Positions 24,186 through 38,597 of a stretch of 64,000 nt of DNA are shown in pieces. The translations under genes were made by a program, and so were the position numbers. Under the pieces are notes generated by a model. It made no database searches, was not told the origin of the DNA, and saw only the letters and a program-made list of their open reading frames with translations. The stretch comes from Camelus dromedarius (lineage: Eukaryota): contig NC_087437.1 of the NCBI RefSeq assembly GCF_036321535.1, positions 87,236,001-87,300,000 of the forward strand. The letters run 5' to 3'. Position 1 is the first letter of the stretch. Each line of letters begins with the position of its first letter.

Positions 24186-27057
24186 AGTGGAATTCACATT
24201 CATGATAATATACCTAAAGTTTAGGGTTTTTTATTGTTCTGTTTTTCCCTTTTTGAGATTCATTTTATGTCAGACTTCAACACTCTATCTACTAGCTTGC
24301 TTCTTTTATTTTCCTTTTCAGTTTTACAAAACCCAGAAACGTAGGCAGAGTTACTCATATAACATGAGTGACTTGGTAAGACTTGTTTCATTGTTTTTGA
24401 ATAGATTGATACGGATACTAAATTTCTGATAAAAAATTAAATTAGTAATCATATATGCCCACTCCTTTAAAAACAGACAACTGGGTTGCCTAGACAATAT
24501 TAAGGGCTGGTTAAATGAACTATGACCCCTAGAGAGAGCCAGAAATTATTCTTAAGGCAAGCAACAAACAAATAGCAGAAAAATACTTTCTGTATACCGA
24601 TTGAATTTATTTAGCAATCTTTATGCTAACTTATTACCATTCATAATAAACTGATTTTATACAGAGAAATTTAAAGAGTGATATGAGCAAAACAAAATTA
24701 CAGTTTAACAAGACCATGCAAATATATTCAATATGTAAAATTGTTCTCTTTACTTTTAGTTTTTAAAATTTAAAATCCTCAAAATGCAGTATTTTATTTT
24801 GTGGGTTTTTTCCCCCAAATAGGAAGAAGGGCACTCTTATACCTTTAAACTTCCAACAAACCAAACCACACAGTCAGAAGGGTCTCATGCTTGAATAAAG
24901 AATAAGAATACAACTATTATGTATGAATATTTTAAATGACTGCCAAAGAAATTAAACATTATATCCAGCAAGATTTCAATTTTTAGACTTCCTGTAAAAA
25001 GCTATTTAATATCCACAAAGTTTAATTTGTATTTTTAATTAATTGCACCACATGTAAGTGACCGTCATTTTAGAGGCATCAACATTTAGCAAACTAGCGA
25101 TCTTTTTTTTATTTGCAAAATAACTCATTGTGGAATAGAATGACTGTAGCATCTGATTTAAAGAGAAAGCCTGGTTGGCGGCTGTGAGATTTAAAGTCCT
25201 TATTTGTTCTCAGGACCAGCATATTACAGGAAGAGCTAGTGACACTCAAGTCCTGTAGTTGCTCTATATCTCGTGTTGGCTCAGGTCTAGTAGACAGTCT
25301 TTCATTTATTTTCCTAATCAATGTACAATTACCTGAGTTTCGTTTTGTAGACACTTGCATTTTTTAAAATTAATCTTAAGGCTATAAGAAAAGAACTAGA
25401 GAAAAATTTTAATGCATTATTTGTGAGGTTAATAGAAACACCTAGCTCCTTCATCTTTATATATTTATCTATCCAAGAATTTAACAATATACGAGGTTAG
25501 CTTTGGGTGAAGAAAAGCTTCCACGTAGGACTGAAAACAGAAGTCAGCCTGTTTAACACAGTTTCTGAATATTACAGAGAGGTTTTCCAATTCAGAAAAA
25601 TGAGTTTTTATTCCCTTGGATACGTCTTTGCTTTATGAAGCATCACAGTCCTAGAATTAGGACAGTGACTGATGTTTCCATAAGACCTACGACACTCAGG
25701 GACTCTTCAAAGAAATCTTAGGCAATGGAAATCTTGCGATATATTTTACCAGGTTATACTACAATAGAATAAACAGAAAAGTTAAAAAGGGAAAAGAAAA
25801 AGGCAGATACAAATTACAGGTATATGTATAGTATCCCCCAAATCATCCTAACATACAAACTAAGTTCCAATATTTTTGCTCAATAACAAACTCTCTAGAA
25901 AGCAGTGAATTCTTACAGAAACAGTAAACAGAATTCTGAGTGACAGAAAGTGATTCAATCTATCTGATCCAGACACTTCTTTCCATCATCTTACTTTGTA
26001 TATGGGCATTTAATAAATATTTAGATATTCCTGAATGATCTCATTAGTACCTTCTCAAGAGGTCTTCCTAAGAACAAATTTTTTTCATCTGTACTTCCTG
26101 ACTTAGCTAGCAAGTCAGCTAATGTATTGGGAAGAAAGGCCGATGATGTTGCATAAGTCTGTCTTACTGCTCCCTAATGAATGGCTTCCAGAGGAAGGCT
26201 GGGCTGGGTAATGAAACAATGATCGGCAGCAACTAGAACAAAAGTGAGGATGAGCTCAAGACATACAGAAGGCATGAACTCTTTAAAGTAAATTCAGTCA
26301 CAGGCCATGATTAGAGATCAATAGATACATTTTATTTGTGATTTACATGGAGTCATTTTTTCTAATGCCTAGTGATTCTCTATTTTTCTTCCAAAGATGG
26401 TAAATGAAAGTGAAAATAAAAAGCAGTGGCATATTATAAAGTTTAACAAATACAAACATTCCCCCCAAAATGTTAGTTATTCCTTGTCTTAGTGGCTTTA
26501 ATTTATTTTCCTAAAAACAGTGATTTGATTATGAAGAATTACAATTTTTTTTCAGAACTCGATTTTCCTTTATGGTTTTTAAAATTCCAGAAATTCAGTA
26601 TTTTTAAATTTAAAAAGGAGTAACTGAAGGTAGATATTAAGAGAATATGCTGATTAAATAGATTTATTTGCAATTTGAAATTATATTACTAGTTTGTATT
26701 TCTTATTGAGCTTTTTAAAACAGCTAAACTGGGTGAAAAGAATGTAATATGAAATATATTAATTTGAAAATTTGAAAGAGGGTGTATCTATGGTTTGGGG
26801 GAGAGAGCCAGCATGTCAGATATACTCCTCCAAAGATATTTCTACCAGAAAATGGAGTGCCAGGATTTTCTTAAATAAAAAAATCTGCAGGAAAATTGTG
26901 TAATTTAAATATTCTACTTACCAGTTTCTTTGGAAAGACCTACAAATGGTGATTTCAATATTTGAGCTGAAGTTTTATTTCAACCAGAGGGGGAAAATAA
27001 AGTTAGTAACAAGACAATGTTAAATATGTACCATGGAATTAAATATCCAGGACCACC

Positions 27058-27120
27058 TACTATATGGGTATACTATATGGGTATACTATATGGGTATATA
27101 CTATACAGGGTATACTGTAT
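27058..27120. repeat. 13-bp tandem repeat (TACTATATGGGTA)x3 plus degenerate copies
   Basis: Exact units at 27058, 27071 and 27084, then tactatacagggta and tactgtat. Confidence 0.9.
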
Positions 27121-30100
27121 AACCTCTAACTAAAATTATCCATCTCTTCACAGCAGGAACATTTAATGCCAGACTCAGCCACAATCAAAAATTAACTGTC
27201 ATGTTATGAGAAGAGTCTTCGGCTACAGCTTGTCTGCAGAGTCCCACTACTTACGAAATATATCTAAAATATTGTGTGAATGTTGACATTTTATTTAATA
27301 CGTGAAAAAGAAAATTCCTGTCATTGATTAGAACCTACAAGTTCACTCTAACTAGGGTAAACAGTTAATTCTGTACGGTGACATGAACTCCAGGGAGATT
27401 TAAGATCAACATGTTTGGTTAAAGGAATGATGACAACCACTTGAATGCAGTGATTAGAACGTTGACACCAAGACTGTTTTAGTTAAAGTTCATGTGAACA
27501 TACACAAAAGCTCCTAAGACTTTTTTCAGTCCTGTATATCAAAGAGAAAAAATTATTTTTGTCATATTATGACCATTATGCCACTAGAAAGAAAAGACTG
27601 AGAAAAATAGAGGCTAAAATGAAAAAGGATTTTTCCCCCTCTATTACATTTTATAGACCCAATTTATTTGAGTATTTTATTGTGGTTGTGGGAGTCAGGT
27701 TATATACTTTAGATATGATTTTACAATGATACAGTTATGTAATTTGAATGGGAACTTGAAAAAGAGGATTTCTTATTTAATGTAAATATAAATCACATGA
27801 AAATATAGTAATTTTATTCATTTGTAATCCAGGAATTAATGATATGTAAGTAATGGATCAAAAAATGTACACTCTCCCAGACTTTTTGAGTAGGAAAAAA
27901 CCCCACAAAAGTTTACTTAAAATTAATACAGTAATGTATCAGAGATGAATGAAACCTATGCTTTCATTAAAAAAAGCCTAATTCTGAAAGACAGTTGTCT
28001 CATTTCTGCCCAAACTTGGCCTGTAATCCTAAACAAGTCTCTGCTGTTTTACTATATTAATTGGCAACATGTTGTTTTGACCTGTGATTTATAAGGTCTT
28101 CTATAGTGCTAATACTCTTACTTATTAAGCAAATTGAACTACCATTACCTTTGAATGTACTACACCAGTTTCTTTTATTTATTTTAACTGGACATTATAC
28201 TATTGGTTATACCAACTGGTATGCTGAAGCCAGTCCTCTCAATAGTAACGTGTGCCTGTCTTGTCAATATATATTGCCATTAATGTGTATGTTCCCTTTT
28301 GTTTTTCTTTTCTTTAGAGCTACAGCATCAATTACTATCAGATTAGCAGGTGATGCCTCACTTACTGGTTGTCTTCTACCTGTCTGGTTTCCAAAAAGCA
28401 TTGCAGGCAGCTCGAGACAAATCTCTTTAGAAGAAACCTGACAAAGCTAAGTAATGCTGCAAAGGGACGCAGAGGTTCTTGGGCTCTTCGCTCATCCTAC
28501 CACCCCTATCATATCAGCATCACTTAAAAGTAGTTTTAGAACAAAAGGAATTTCTCTCATTTACAGAACGTTTGGCACTTACATAATGTAGGGAAAAACC
28601 CCTGAAGGATATCTTAACACATATCCTCCCTTTTTCATTTACATAGCTCCAATCGTTCTAAATAAACCAATCTATTAGGCTAGTTATTTTATAGCATTTT
28701 ACAAGATGTTATTACCAACAGTTAACAATCATTTTCAAAGTTAACATCAACCTTTAGTCCTGTGGATGTACCATACTCTACTTGATGATGTATTTGTTTC
28801 CATATTTAAAATTGCCTTTATTTATTTATAATTTTCATACAACTGCATCTATTTAAAGTGTAGACGTATTTGAATCTTGATATAAACATCTGTGACCACC
28901 CACCCCAAAAACAAGATGTACAGTATTTCCGTCACCCCCAGAAGTGTCTTCATGCCTATCTGCAGTCTATCTCTCCTTTGTTGCTCAGCCCCAGGCAATC
29001 ATTGATATACTTTTAGTAACAATCCATTAGTTTGCATTTTCTAGAATATTAATTGAATGGAGTCTTACAGGATGCATTATTTCGTCTGTGACTTTTTTCA
29101 CTCAGGGAAATGAGTTTCAGATAATCCGTGTTGTTGTATGCCTCAGTAGTTTGTTTCTTTTTATTGCTGAGACTTATTCCATTACAGGAAAGTAGCCTTT
29201 TTTTTTTTAACCTTTTCACTTCTGGATAGATATTTGGCTTTTCACAGCTTTTAGCTATTGTGAATAAAGTAGCTATAGAAATTCATATTCAAGCATTTCT
29301 GTTAAATATTTATTTTCATTTCTAGTGGGTAAATACCTAGAAATGAAATGGCTAGATCGTAAGGCAGATATTTTAAATATTTAAAGTAACTTTCGTTTTC
29401 TCAGAAACACTGTACATGAGATCCAGGAGTTCTAAACCCTTGTCCATAACATTTTAAATTTAACCGTTCTCATCTAGAGTAGTGGTTTCTCACTGTGTTT
29501 TTAATTTGCATTTTTCCTGATGATTAATGCATCTTTTTATGTGCTTATTATCCATTTGTATGTCCTCTTTTGTGATATCCAGTCAAAATTTCACCTTTTT
29601 AAAAGACTAGTTGTCTGTATATTGTTAAATATTAAAAGTAAATTATATTTTCTGAATAGAAATCCTTTGTGATATATTGTGAATATTTTCTCTCAGCTGT
29701 TGGCTTACCTTTTTATTGTCTTAAGACTTTATTTTGAAATACACAAGTTTCTAATTTTCAGCGCCCAGTTTATAATTTTTTCTTTTATATGTTGTGCTTT
29801 TATGTCCTAAGAATTCTTTGTCTACTTCAAACTGGCAAAAATTCACTTCTGTTTTTGCCTATGTGCTTTGTAATTCTAGCTTTTCTATTTAAGCATTTGA
29901 TTGACTTAGAGCTAACATTTTGTATGGTTTTGACAAGGTTAAATATTTGCTTTTTTCCTATATGAATGTTCACTTTTTCTAGCATTGTTTATTCAAATGA
30001 CTTTCTCTACTTGTTAAATCCTTTGGACATTTTTGTCAAAAGCAATATAGCATATACATGTAGGTATATTTCTGGATTCTTTATTCTGTTTTACTGATCT

Positions 30101-30786
30101 ATAGGTCTGTCACTTTATCAGTACCACACTGTCTTGAATACTAAGTATTTGGATAGAAGAAGTGTTAACATCAGTTTGTTCTACTACTTCCTCCTTTGGC
30201 TTTGGCTATTCTAGGTCATTTGCATTTCCATACACAATTTTGCATCAGATTGACATTTTTCTGTGAAGAAAATGTTCTAAGAGTATAGTTGAGATTGCAA
30301 TTAGAGAAGAATTACTATTTTACTAATTTTGAGTCTTCCAACATGCGGACATGTATATTTTCATTTATTGATATCTTCTATAATTTCCGTCAGCAACGTT
30401 TTGTGATTTTCTGTGTAAATGCCTTGCACATCTTTTGTTAAATTCATTCCTTGTTTTATGTGTTCTGAGCAGATTTAGTTTCCAATTTTTTGCTCCTAGT
30501 ATATAAATATATATTTGATCAATTGTATTGACCTTTATCTTGCAACCTTGATACATTCACCCATTGGTTCTAGTTGTGTTGTATATTCCTTAGGATTTCC
30601 TATGAGAACAATCTTGCAATCTCTGAACAGAGACAGTTTACTTCTTCCTTTTGAATCTTCATGCCTTTTCTTGATTTTCTTATGTTATTGCAATGACTGA
30701 GACTTTCAGTACAATGCTGAAAAAAAGTGATGAGAGCATCCATCTTTCTCTTCATGATCTTGCAGGGGAAGTATTGAATATATCAG

Positions 30787-30829
30787 TGCATTAGTTATCG
30801 GTCTCCAGAGAAACAGAACCAATAGGGTG

Positions 30830-30873
<44 letters not shown>

Positions 30874-31252
30874 CGCGCGCGCGCAAGCATGAGTATAAAA
30901 ATGAGATTTACTAATTGACTCACGTGATTATGAAGATTGGCGAGGACAAATTCTTTAGGGTAGGGCTGCAGGCTGGAGACTCAGGAGAGCCAATGTTCCA
31001 GTTTGAGTCTAAAGGAATTGCTGTAGAACCGTAAGGGTCAATGCTGCAGATGGACTCTGAAGGCAGTCTACTGTAGAATTCTCTCTTGCTCAGAGGAGCA
31101 CATCATGGGGAGTAATCTGCTGAGTATTCAAAATCTACCCATTTAACTGTTAATCTCATCCAAAAGTATCCTCATAGAAACACCCAAAATATTTGACCAA
31201 ATGCCTGGGCACCTTTTGGCCCAGCCAAGTTGACATAAAATTAGCCATCAAC
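30787..31252 (-). mobile_element. MLT2 (ERVL) solo LTR inserted in L1
   Basis: tg.attagtt...tctccagagaaacagaaccaatagg, (TG)n tract, aattgactcac.tgattatg, and end ggcccagccaagttgaca.aaaatta.ccatca. Confidence 0.88.
30827..30885. repeat. (GT)~22-A-(GC)6 compound microsatellite within MLT2
   Basis: Directly visible. Confidence 0.92.
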
Positions 31253-33334
31253 ATCACCATTAACTATGATGTTAGCTGAAAACATTTTGGGAAAAGCTTT
31301 CATCATGAATGAATGTTGAATGCTGTTAATTTTTTTTCCTGCTTCTTTTAGAAGGATCATATGGTTTATATCCCTTATTCTGATATGGTAAATTACAATG
31401 ATTGATTATGAATGTTAAAACAAATTTGTAGTCCCACGATAAATCCTACATAGTCATAGTCTGTTATCTTTTAATGTATTTTTGCATTCAATTTGCTAAT
31501 GTTTTGCTAATGATTTCTGCATATATATTAATCAGTAATTAATTACTGCAAAGATATTAATCAGTAATTTTGTTTTTTGTAATGTTTTTTCAGGTTTTAG
31601 CATTAGGGATATGCTGGCCTGGTAAAATGAGTTAGAAAGTGTTTCTTCCTTCTCTTTTCTGACAGTGCTGTGTACAATGCCTTGAATATTTAATAGGAAT
31701 CACCAATACTATCATTTATTTGAGTCTGGAGATATCTTCATGGAAAAGCTTTAAAAAATGAATTCAATTTCTCCAATTTATTTAGGTCTTATTTAATTCA
31801 TTTCAGCAATGTTTTAAAATTTTCACTCTCGTTGTCTTACATATTTTTGTTGGCTATTTTATTAATTGTCAATTCAGATTTTATATTTTATTTTATGCTA
31901 ATTTTGTTATATTTCTTCAATATCTATTTCATCTAAGTTCTTAATTTTCTTGGTATATGTTTTAAATATATATGTATTATAAATTATTCTGTACATCATT
32001 ACCCTGTACAACTATAATAATTTTTTCCTGAATTCTTTCTTTGTAACCTTGGAAGAGTCGTTACCATTTATTTGTGTGCTTCTCTCAGAAATGCCTAATG
32101 GCTTTTATTGGATTTAGAAATCCCAGAAAGTTTTTTCCTAGAGATACTTTAAGAATGCTGTACACACTGCGAATAGCAATAATCTTATCACTCTTTTATA
32201 TCCATTTCTAAAATTCTATAACTACTTGGAAGCACAGAATCACAAAATATTTAATAGAAGAAAAAGATTTATAGATAACAATATAAATGGGCCCATTTGT
32301 TTTATAACTAGAACAAAATTCTGTTCTTCCCAAACATTGTTATACCTGATTAATACGCCTAGCTCCATAGGCTTAAAAATGTTTGCCCAAGATTACTCAA
32401 AAATAAATGGTAGAGGTGGGCGTAGGCAGGAGAATACTACAATTTATAGCAAAAATGTATTTAGATTAACTTTAATATAAATGATAGACTTAAACACATG
32501 TTGCCAGAAAATATATGAAGTTCTCTGCATTTGTCTACTTCTAGCTTTTGTTGAGATACACTGACATTAGTTACAATTATTTTTAGATGGTCACTGATTC
32601 ACTATATTTGAGAGGAATTTAAGCATTCTGCTTCAGACTCGTTCAAGTGAACCACTATATTTGTGTCTCATATTTTCATTTCTAAGAGGATAATTGCAAA
32701 CTTTTTTGAGATACTATTGTCCATATACACATATACATATGTATGTAAAGGTGCACACGTATAGAGATCAAGTAAAGATCTCATGTAAAGTTTTCACAAA
32801 CATTCCCCAACACAAAACTTGGAAAAATAAATGAATTCTTTAGGTGAGACTCTTGCCATTTGCAGAGTCACACAAATACTGATGCTACTGTAATAGTATG
32901 AAAATAAAATATATTTTATTTTTCCTTTTCCTTGTCAAAACGAGAAAACAGACATGAAATCACTAATAATTGCTTCCCACTCCTCAAAAATTGTGAGTGC
33001 AGAATACCCTGGAATCACTGAGACTGCTCTACTGTCCTAAGAAAAATGTCTGTTCAGAGTGTTGTCTGATAATCGCAAAAAATCTAATCTTTTTATGTAA
33101 TAAGATAGGGCTTTCTATTTGCAAGTCATCAGAGGCATTTGCTTAGTCAAGTGAACAAAGTGAGAACTTAACTCCGTCTATGACTCGCTAGGTTCTTTGG
33201 GAACCGAAATAGATCTCTGTGTTTAGAATCCAGGGACTGCGTAAGTTCCTGGCCTGTCCTCCAATCAAGAATTTCATACCAATTTTCTCTTAAAAACCGT
33301 ATTTTGAGATTCTGACATTCATTTTTTTAAAAAA

Positions 33335-35345
33335 CATTTTTATTGAGACATGTAACTCCCATATTATAAGATTAACCAAGATGTGCAATTTATTTATTTA
33401 TTTTTAGTATACTCACAGTATTGTACAAGCATTACCACAATCTAAAACGTTGGACATATTAATCACGCCTGAAGAAACTCATACCTATTAGCAAGCACTC
33501 CCCAGTTAACACTAGCTCTTCCTCCCCTGCCTCCAGCATCCAGCTGTAGGCAACAACGAGTCTACTTTCTGTCTTTACAGCTCTGCCTATTCTGTAAATT
33601 GCATAAAATAAAGCCATACAATAGGTAATCTTTGGTGTCTGACTTCTTTCATTTAGCAAAATAATTTCTACATTCATTTATGTTGTAGCATACATTAATA
33701 CCTCATCCCTTTTTATTCACAAAAAGATGTTCCATTGTATAGATATACTACATTTAATTTATCCATTTATCTGTATGTAGATAACCATTGGGGTTATTTC
33801 CATTTTTGGCTATTGTGAATGATTCTGCTAGGAAACATGCATAAATCCTGGGGTCAATGTTTGTTTTTATTTCCCTTGGGTACATACCTAGGAGCAAAAC
33901 TGCTGTGTCATAGGGTAACTCTACGCTTAACTTTTTGAGGAAATGAAAATTGTTTTCCACAGAGGTTACATCCTTTTACATTCTCACCAACAGTGAATGA
34001 GAAGTCCAATGCTTCCTCCTCCTCCCCAGGACTGGCTATTATCTGTATTTTTAATGAAGGCTATTTTAGTGGATATGAACACTGTGGTTTTGATTTACAT
34101 TTACCTAATATTTAATGATGCTGAGCATCATTTATGTCCTTATTAACCCTATGTATATCTTCTTTGAAGAAATATATATTCAAAGCCCTTGCTAATTCTT
34201 AATGGAGTTTTCTTTATTATTAAATTGTAACTATTCTTTGTATATCTGGAACACCAGTCCCTTATCAAATACATTAATATTTTCTTCCAGTCTGTGAGTT
34301 CATTTTACTTTCTTGATGTTATCATTTATAACACAAAGATTTTTATTTTTATTTTTTGGCATTTTGTGACTTATTTTTTTTTTAAATTGAAGTATAGTCA
34401 GTTTATAATGTGTCAATTTCTGGCATACAGCACAAAGCTTCAGTCATATGTGAATATACATATATTCATTTTCATATTCTTTTTCACTGTAAGCTACTAT
34501 AAGATATTGAATATAGTTCCCTCTGCTATCCAGTATAAACTTGTTTATCTATTTTATATATACCAGTCAGTATCTGCAAATCTCAAACTCCCAATTTATC
34601 CCTTCCCACCCCCTTCCTTACTGGAACCATAAGTTTGTTTTCTATGCTTATGAGTCTGTTTCTGTGTTATAAATAAGTTCATTCGTCTTTTTTTTTTTCT
34701 TCAGATTCCATATATGAGTGATCTCATACGGTATTTTTCTTTCTCTTTCTGGCTTACATCACTTAGAATGACATTCTCCAGGGCCATTCACTTTGCTGCA
34801 AATGGCAGTATTTTATTCTTTTCTATGGCTGAGTAGTATTCCATTGTATAAATATACCACAACTTCTTTATCCAGTCGATGGACATTTAGATTGTTTCCA
34901 TGTTTTGGCTATTGTAAACAGTGCTGCTATGAACACTGGGGTGCAGGTGACTTTTTGAATTAAGGCTCCCTCTGGATATATGCCCAGGAGTGGGATTGCT
35001 GGATCATATAGTAAATACCATTTTTATTTTTGATAAATGTTAGTTTAGCTATTTAAAAAAATTTGCCATCCCTGTATTTACTGTGACTCCACATATCAAA
35101 GAAACCAAAATACTATTACCTAATCCAAGGACATGAACATTTATAATGTGTTTTATTCTAATTCTTTTATCATTTTAGCTCTTACATTTAGGTTTATCTA
35201 ATTTTTTAATTAATTTTTTGTATGTAAGTATGAGAAAAAAATCCAACTTTAATCTTTTGCATACAGATGTCCAGTTATCCTAACATCATTTGTTGAAAGG
35301 AGTATCATTTCCTCATTGTACTGTCTTAGGACTTTTTTCAAAAAC
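33335..35345 (-). mobile_element. L1MA/MB-type LINE 3' region, interrupted by a younger L1
   Basis: tctactttctgtct.ta, gacttctttcatttagca, tttggctattgtgaat, ttaactttttgaggaa, tttacattctcaccaacagtg, catcatttgttgaaa. Confidence 0.88.
34351..35019 (-). mobile_element. Younger lineage-specific 5'-truncated L1 with 12-bp TSD
   Basis: T tract then aaattgaagtatagtcagttta...gatattgaatatagttccct.tgcta...cccaggagtgggattgctggatcata. The direct repeat ATTTTTATTTTT flanks it at 34339-34350 and 35020-35031. Confidence 0.88.
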
Positions 35346-37129
35346 AACTTTTTTTAATCATTCAATACCAATCAGTTGAGGGATTGACTACCATGATGTC
35401 CCCTCTATTATCTTTCTCTACCCTCAACTCAAAACCAAAAATAACACTGTCTTCTAAAAAAGCAAATCTTTTAAGTCACAGGAGACACAGCATCTGTCAT
35501 CTACAAATACCTCCTCTATAAAAAATGATTTCCTTAGAAGGGACAAAACAAATAAGTAAATGTCCTGTAAGGTCAGTTCAAGCCTTCCTTTTTTTTTTTT
35601 TACACAAATCTGAAAATGGTTTAAAAATCTGAAATTTTATTTTTAAGCTGAACTAAGCATATGTCAGGCTTTAAATATTTTAGGTTACATCGTTCTTGAA
35701 AACTTCAAGCTACTTTTTACATCCCCTCACCATCTCTACCTGCAAGATCTCTGCAAAAATCAAAATGGTTATCCAATGACCAGGAGCTCAGCTCTGCAAC
35801 AATCGCCATAGAAATTCTGAATCCCCTTTCTAGGCATCAGCAGCTTGTTCCTTACTGTAAACTGTAATACTTTGTGCCTATGGGAGGTTTGGGCTGGATA
35901 GAGGAATAGTTTCACCAGAAGAAAATGATAGAATTTAGAAAACTTTGTGAATTTTATGTGCCTTCAGCAGACGTTAAATGATCCAGGAGAAAGTACAATG
36001 TTTCTCCAAAGGCTTTCTTTCCCTCACACTACAGTGCTCTAAGAAAAGCATTTTAAGTTCCAATAAGAACCACAGACACAATCAAATAAAACTAAGCACC
36101 ATCTGATGATTTGGCAGCAGAAGTGATAAGAATGGTGGTCAGTCTTCTTTTCTTTTCTTGCAATTATATTAGAAACAAAGTCCATTTTATTTTAAATAGA
36201 TCTTTACCATAGGAATATGGTTGCCATGTTAGTTGAAATGGTCTGGTCCCTAAAAGCCTGCCATTTATCACCTAAGGAATGTAAGAAGATTTACAGTAAA
36301 ATTGCCCTCTAAAGTATGAAAGATGTGTGATATTGATTGTGGTGGAAACAGCAGAAAGTCTGCATTTTAAGCAACTTTGCCCGCCTTGAACATCAGCAGA
36401 TGCCATTGATGAATTCCAAATAGAAACATGTGAGATTTATTCTCCTCTATTCTCTTCTCTCAACCAACATTACACATTCACTCAGGAGCACTTATGTTCC
36501 TGGAACAAGAGCAACAAAAAGAAATAGCTCTTGAAATGCAACGGGGCAGGATATTTCCACCGAGGAAAAAGCAATCTTTCATATAACTGTGTATCATTTA
36601 CAAGGTATATTCTGAAAGACTTATAATATCTACTTTAATGCTATCAGGGAATATTCTAATGCAAAAAATCGACTTGTTTAAACAGAACAATTTTCAAACT
36701 AACTCTCAGTGTCCAAATATTAAACTTGATGACAATATTATCCACTATTTGCAAAAAAATTTATAGTAATATTGTTCCTCATGATTATAAAAAGCATGTT
36801 TCACATACTGAATTTACTAACTTAGTGTGTCCAAGAACACATATGGCACAAAATTTATTTCTTTTAGTTTTTATTAAGTTTAACAAATGTATTAATACAA
36901 AACAGGACACAAGTTCATGAAAATTACCAACTATCAATACTTGGGTAAGATAATGTAACAATCCAAAATGTCACTTCTTAGACACTATCAGCATCAATAT
37001 ATAAATATGAAATTAAGTATCAGTATCCCCTGTTCTGTCTGATGATGTTTAAGAACAAAAACTCAGCAGTTATGATAATCTTTCACAGAAACAATGATAT
37101 TTCAAAGAATTTTAAAACTCATGTCCTTA

Positions 37130-37520
37130 AATAATTTATGTAGAAAAAATTTTACAGTAATATTTATAACAAGAAGAAAAATCAAAGAAATTCCAAATAG
37201 AACAATGGTTAAATAAATGACATAGGACAGAATGTTACACAGCTATAAAAAGTAAGTGTTTCCAAGAGAATTTAGTTACCTGAAAAAAAACGCTAATGAT
37301 GGGGAATGTAAAAAAAAATCAGACTGTAGAACTGTATACATTAATAGTTAGAACACTTAAAAACTTGGACATATACACAGAAAAACAGGTTAGAAAGGAA
37401 AACACCAATAAAAATTGCAAAACAATTATATTGTTAATGGTAAAATCATGGATAATTTTTATGTTCTTTGTTGTATGCTCTTCCTTGTCTTTTAACATGG
37501 ATGTACTACTTTATAGATAG
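37130..37520 (+). mobile_element. Degenerate L1ME-type 3' UTR fragment
   Basis: aatggttaaataaat...cagctataaaaa...ttagaaaggaaaacacca. Confidence 0.55.
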
Positions 37521-37800
37521 AAAAAAATGTTGTCATTTGCTTTCTTATGCCAGAACAGTTAAAAGAAATGATAACATCTAGTAGAGCAGCTGGATCATCA
37601 GAGGGGGATAAATATTCTGTGGTCTGTCCCATTAAAGCTTAAATTACAGCCATCATCCTGAACAGATGATGATGGCTTCTGCCAGGAATCAAACAGAAAA
37701 TTCAGTTTCAAGATAAAAAGATCCTAGGTTCTTGCAAGTCCACTAGGTAATTCTAAGAAAACCCAAAGACCAGCTAATTGTATCTACTGTTTTGAAGACA

Positions 37801-37946
37801 AATATGTATATTTATATACTTACAGACACATATATATATTTATATATATGCATACTCATATACACACATATATTCACATATATACATAATATATACATAT
37901 ATGATATATGCAAGAATCAAGATATATATATATATATCGTATATAG
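37801..37946. repeat. Degenerate (TA/CA)n low-complexity tract
   Basis: Directly visible. Confidence 0.85.
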
Positions 37947-38597
37947 ATTAATTTCAGTGAGTAAAATACATTGACATCCCATATTAGCTTGTCTGCAAAA
38001 AAATAGACTATAGCTGAAAAACTTAGTAGAATAAAATTTCATTTTAATGGTACACATGGCTCTGTTCTGGAAAGGTGATCATACTGAAAACAATTTGCAA
38101 GGCAAATGATGAGGAGGGAAGAATTCTGCCCTGGACTGACTTCCAGGAAATCTACAGTCCTCTCTCCTCACTCTAAGCAGTGTGTTCGAGGTTTCCCTTC
38201 CCTTGATCTCCTTAAGCTTCTGCCCTACCTTTCCTTCTAGCCTATCTCAGAATTCTTGAATCCTTCATAGTTTGTAAACCGATGCTTCCAATTTTCTTCT
38301 TCAGATTCTATTTTCTATCCATCCCTTTTGTTTCCCTTAAATTTCAGACAGAGGATTTCTCCTATTCCTTTCTGAGATTTATCCCTGACCTGTTGCTCTG
38401 ATCCAACTTTCTTCTGCACACCCTACCAGAATATTGTTCCATTGCCTATTTAGACCCTGTCTCCTTTCAAGCTGTCATCAGTCTCTCCCTCATATTGATT
38501 CTTTCCAGACACAGAGTCTTAAGATTGCCTTCAACTGAAAAAAATCCTTTATTTACCTCAATTCCTCTTTCTAAGTAGAGCCCCATATTATCATACT

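Larger units (their letters stand above)
28810..31900 (-). mobile_element. Old L1M-type LINE (3' UTR and decayed ORF2), interrupted by MLT2
   Basis: Antisense L1 hallmarks: ccccaggcaa.ca.tgat, gctattgtgaataaa, gggtaaatacctagaaatgaaatggct.gatc, gtttttaatttgcattt, gtaccacactgtcttga, ttcagtacaatgctgaa. No intact ORF. Confidence 0.88.

Noticed and set aside
28290..28355. Strong + strand splice acceptor (AG at 28316-17) with weak donor CAG|GTGATG
   Set aside because: No supported upstream exon and a weak donor. Pyrimidine tracts ending in AG are common.
34294..34632. 112-aa ORF and similar 62-aa ORF at 58434-58622 (shared YYKILNIVP) as paralogous genes
   Set aside because: Both are antisense readings of the same L1 3' UTR.
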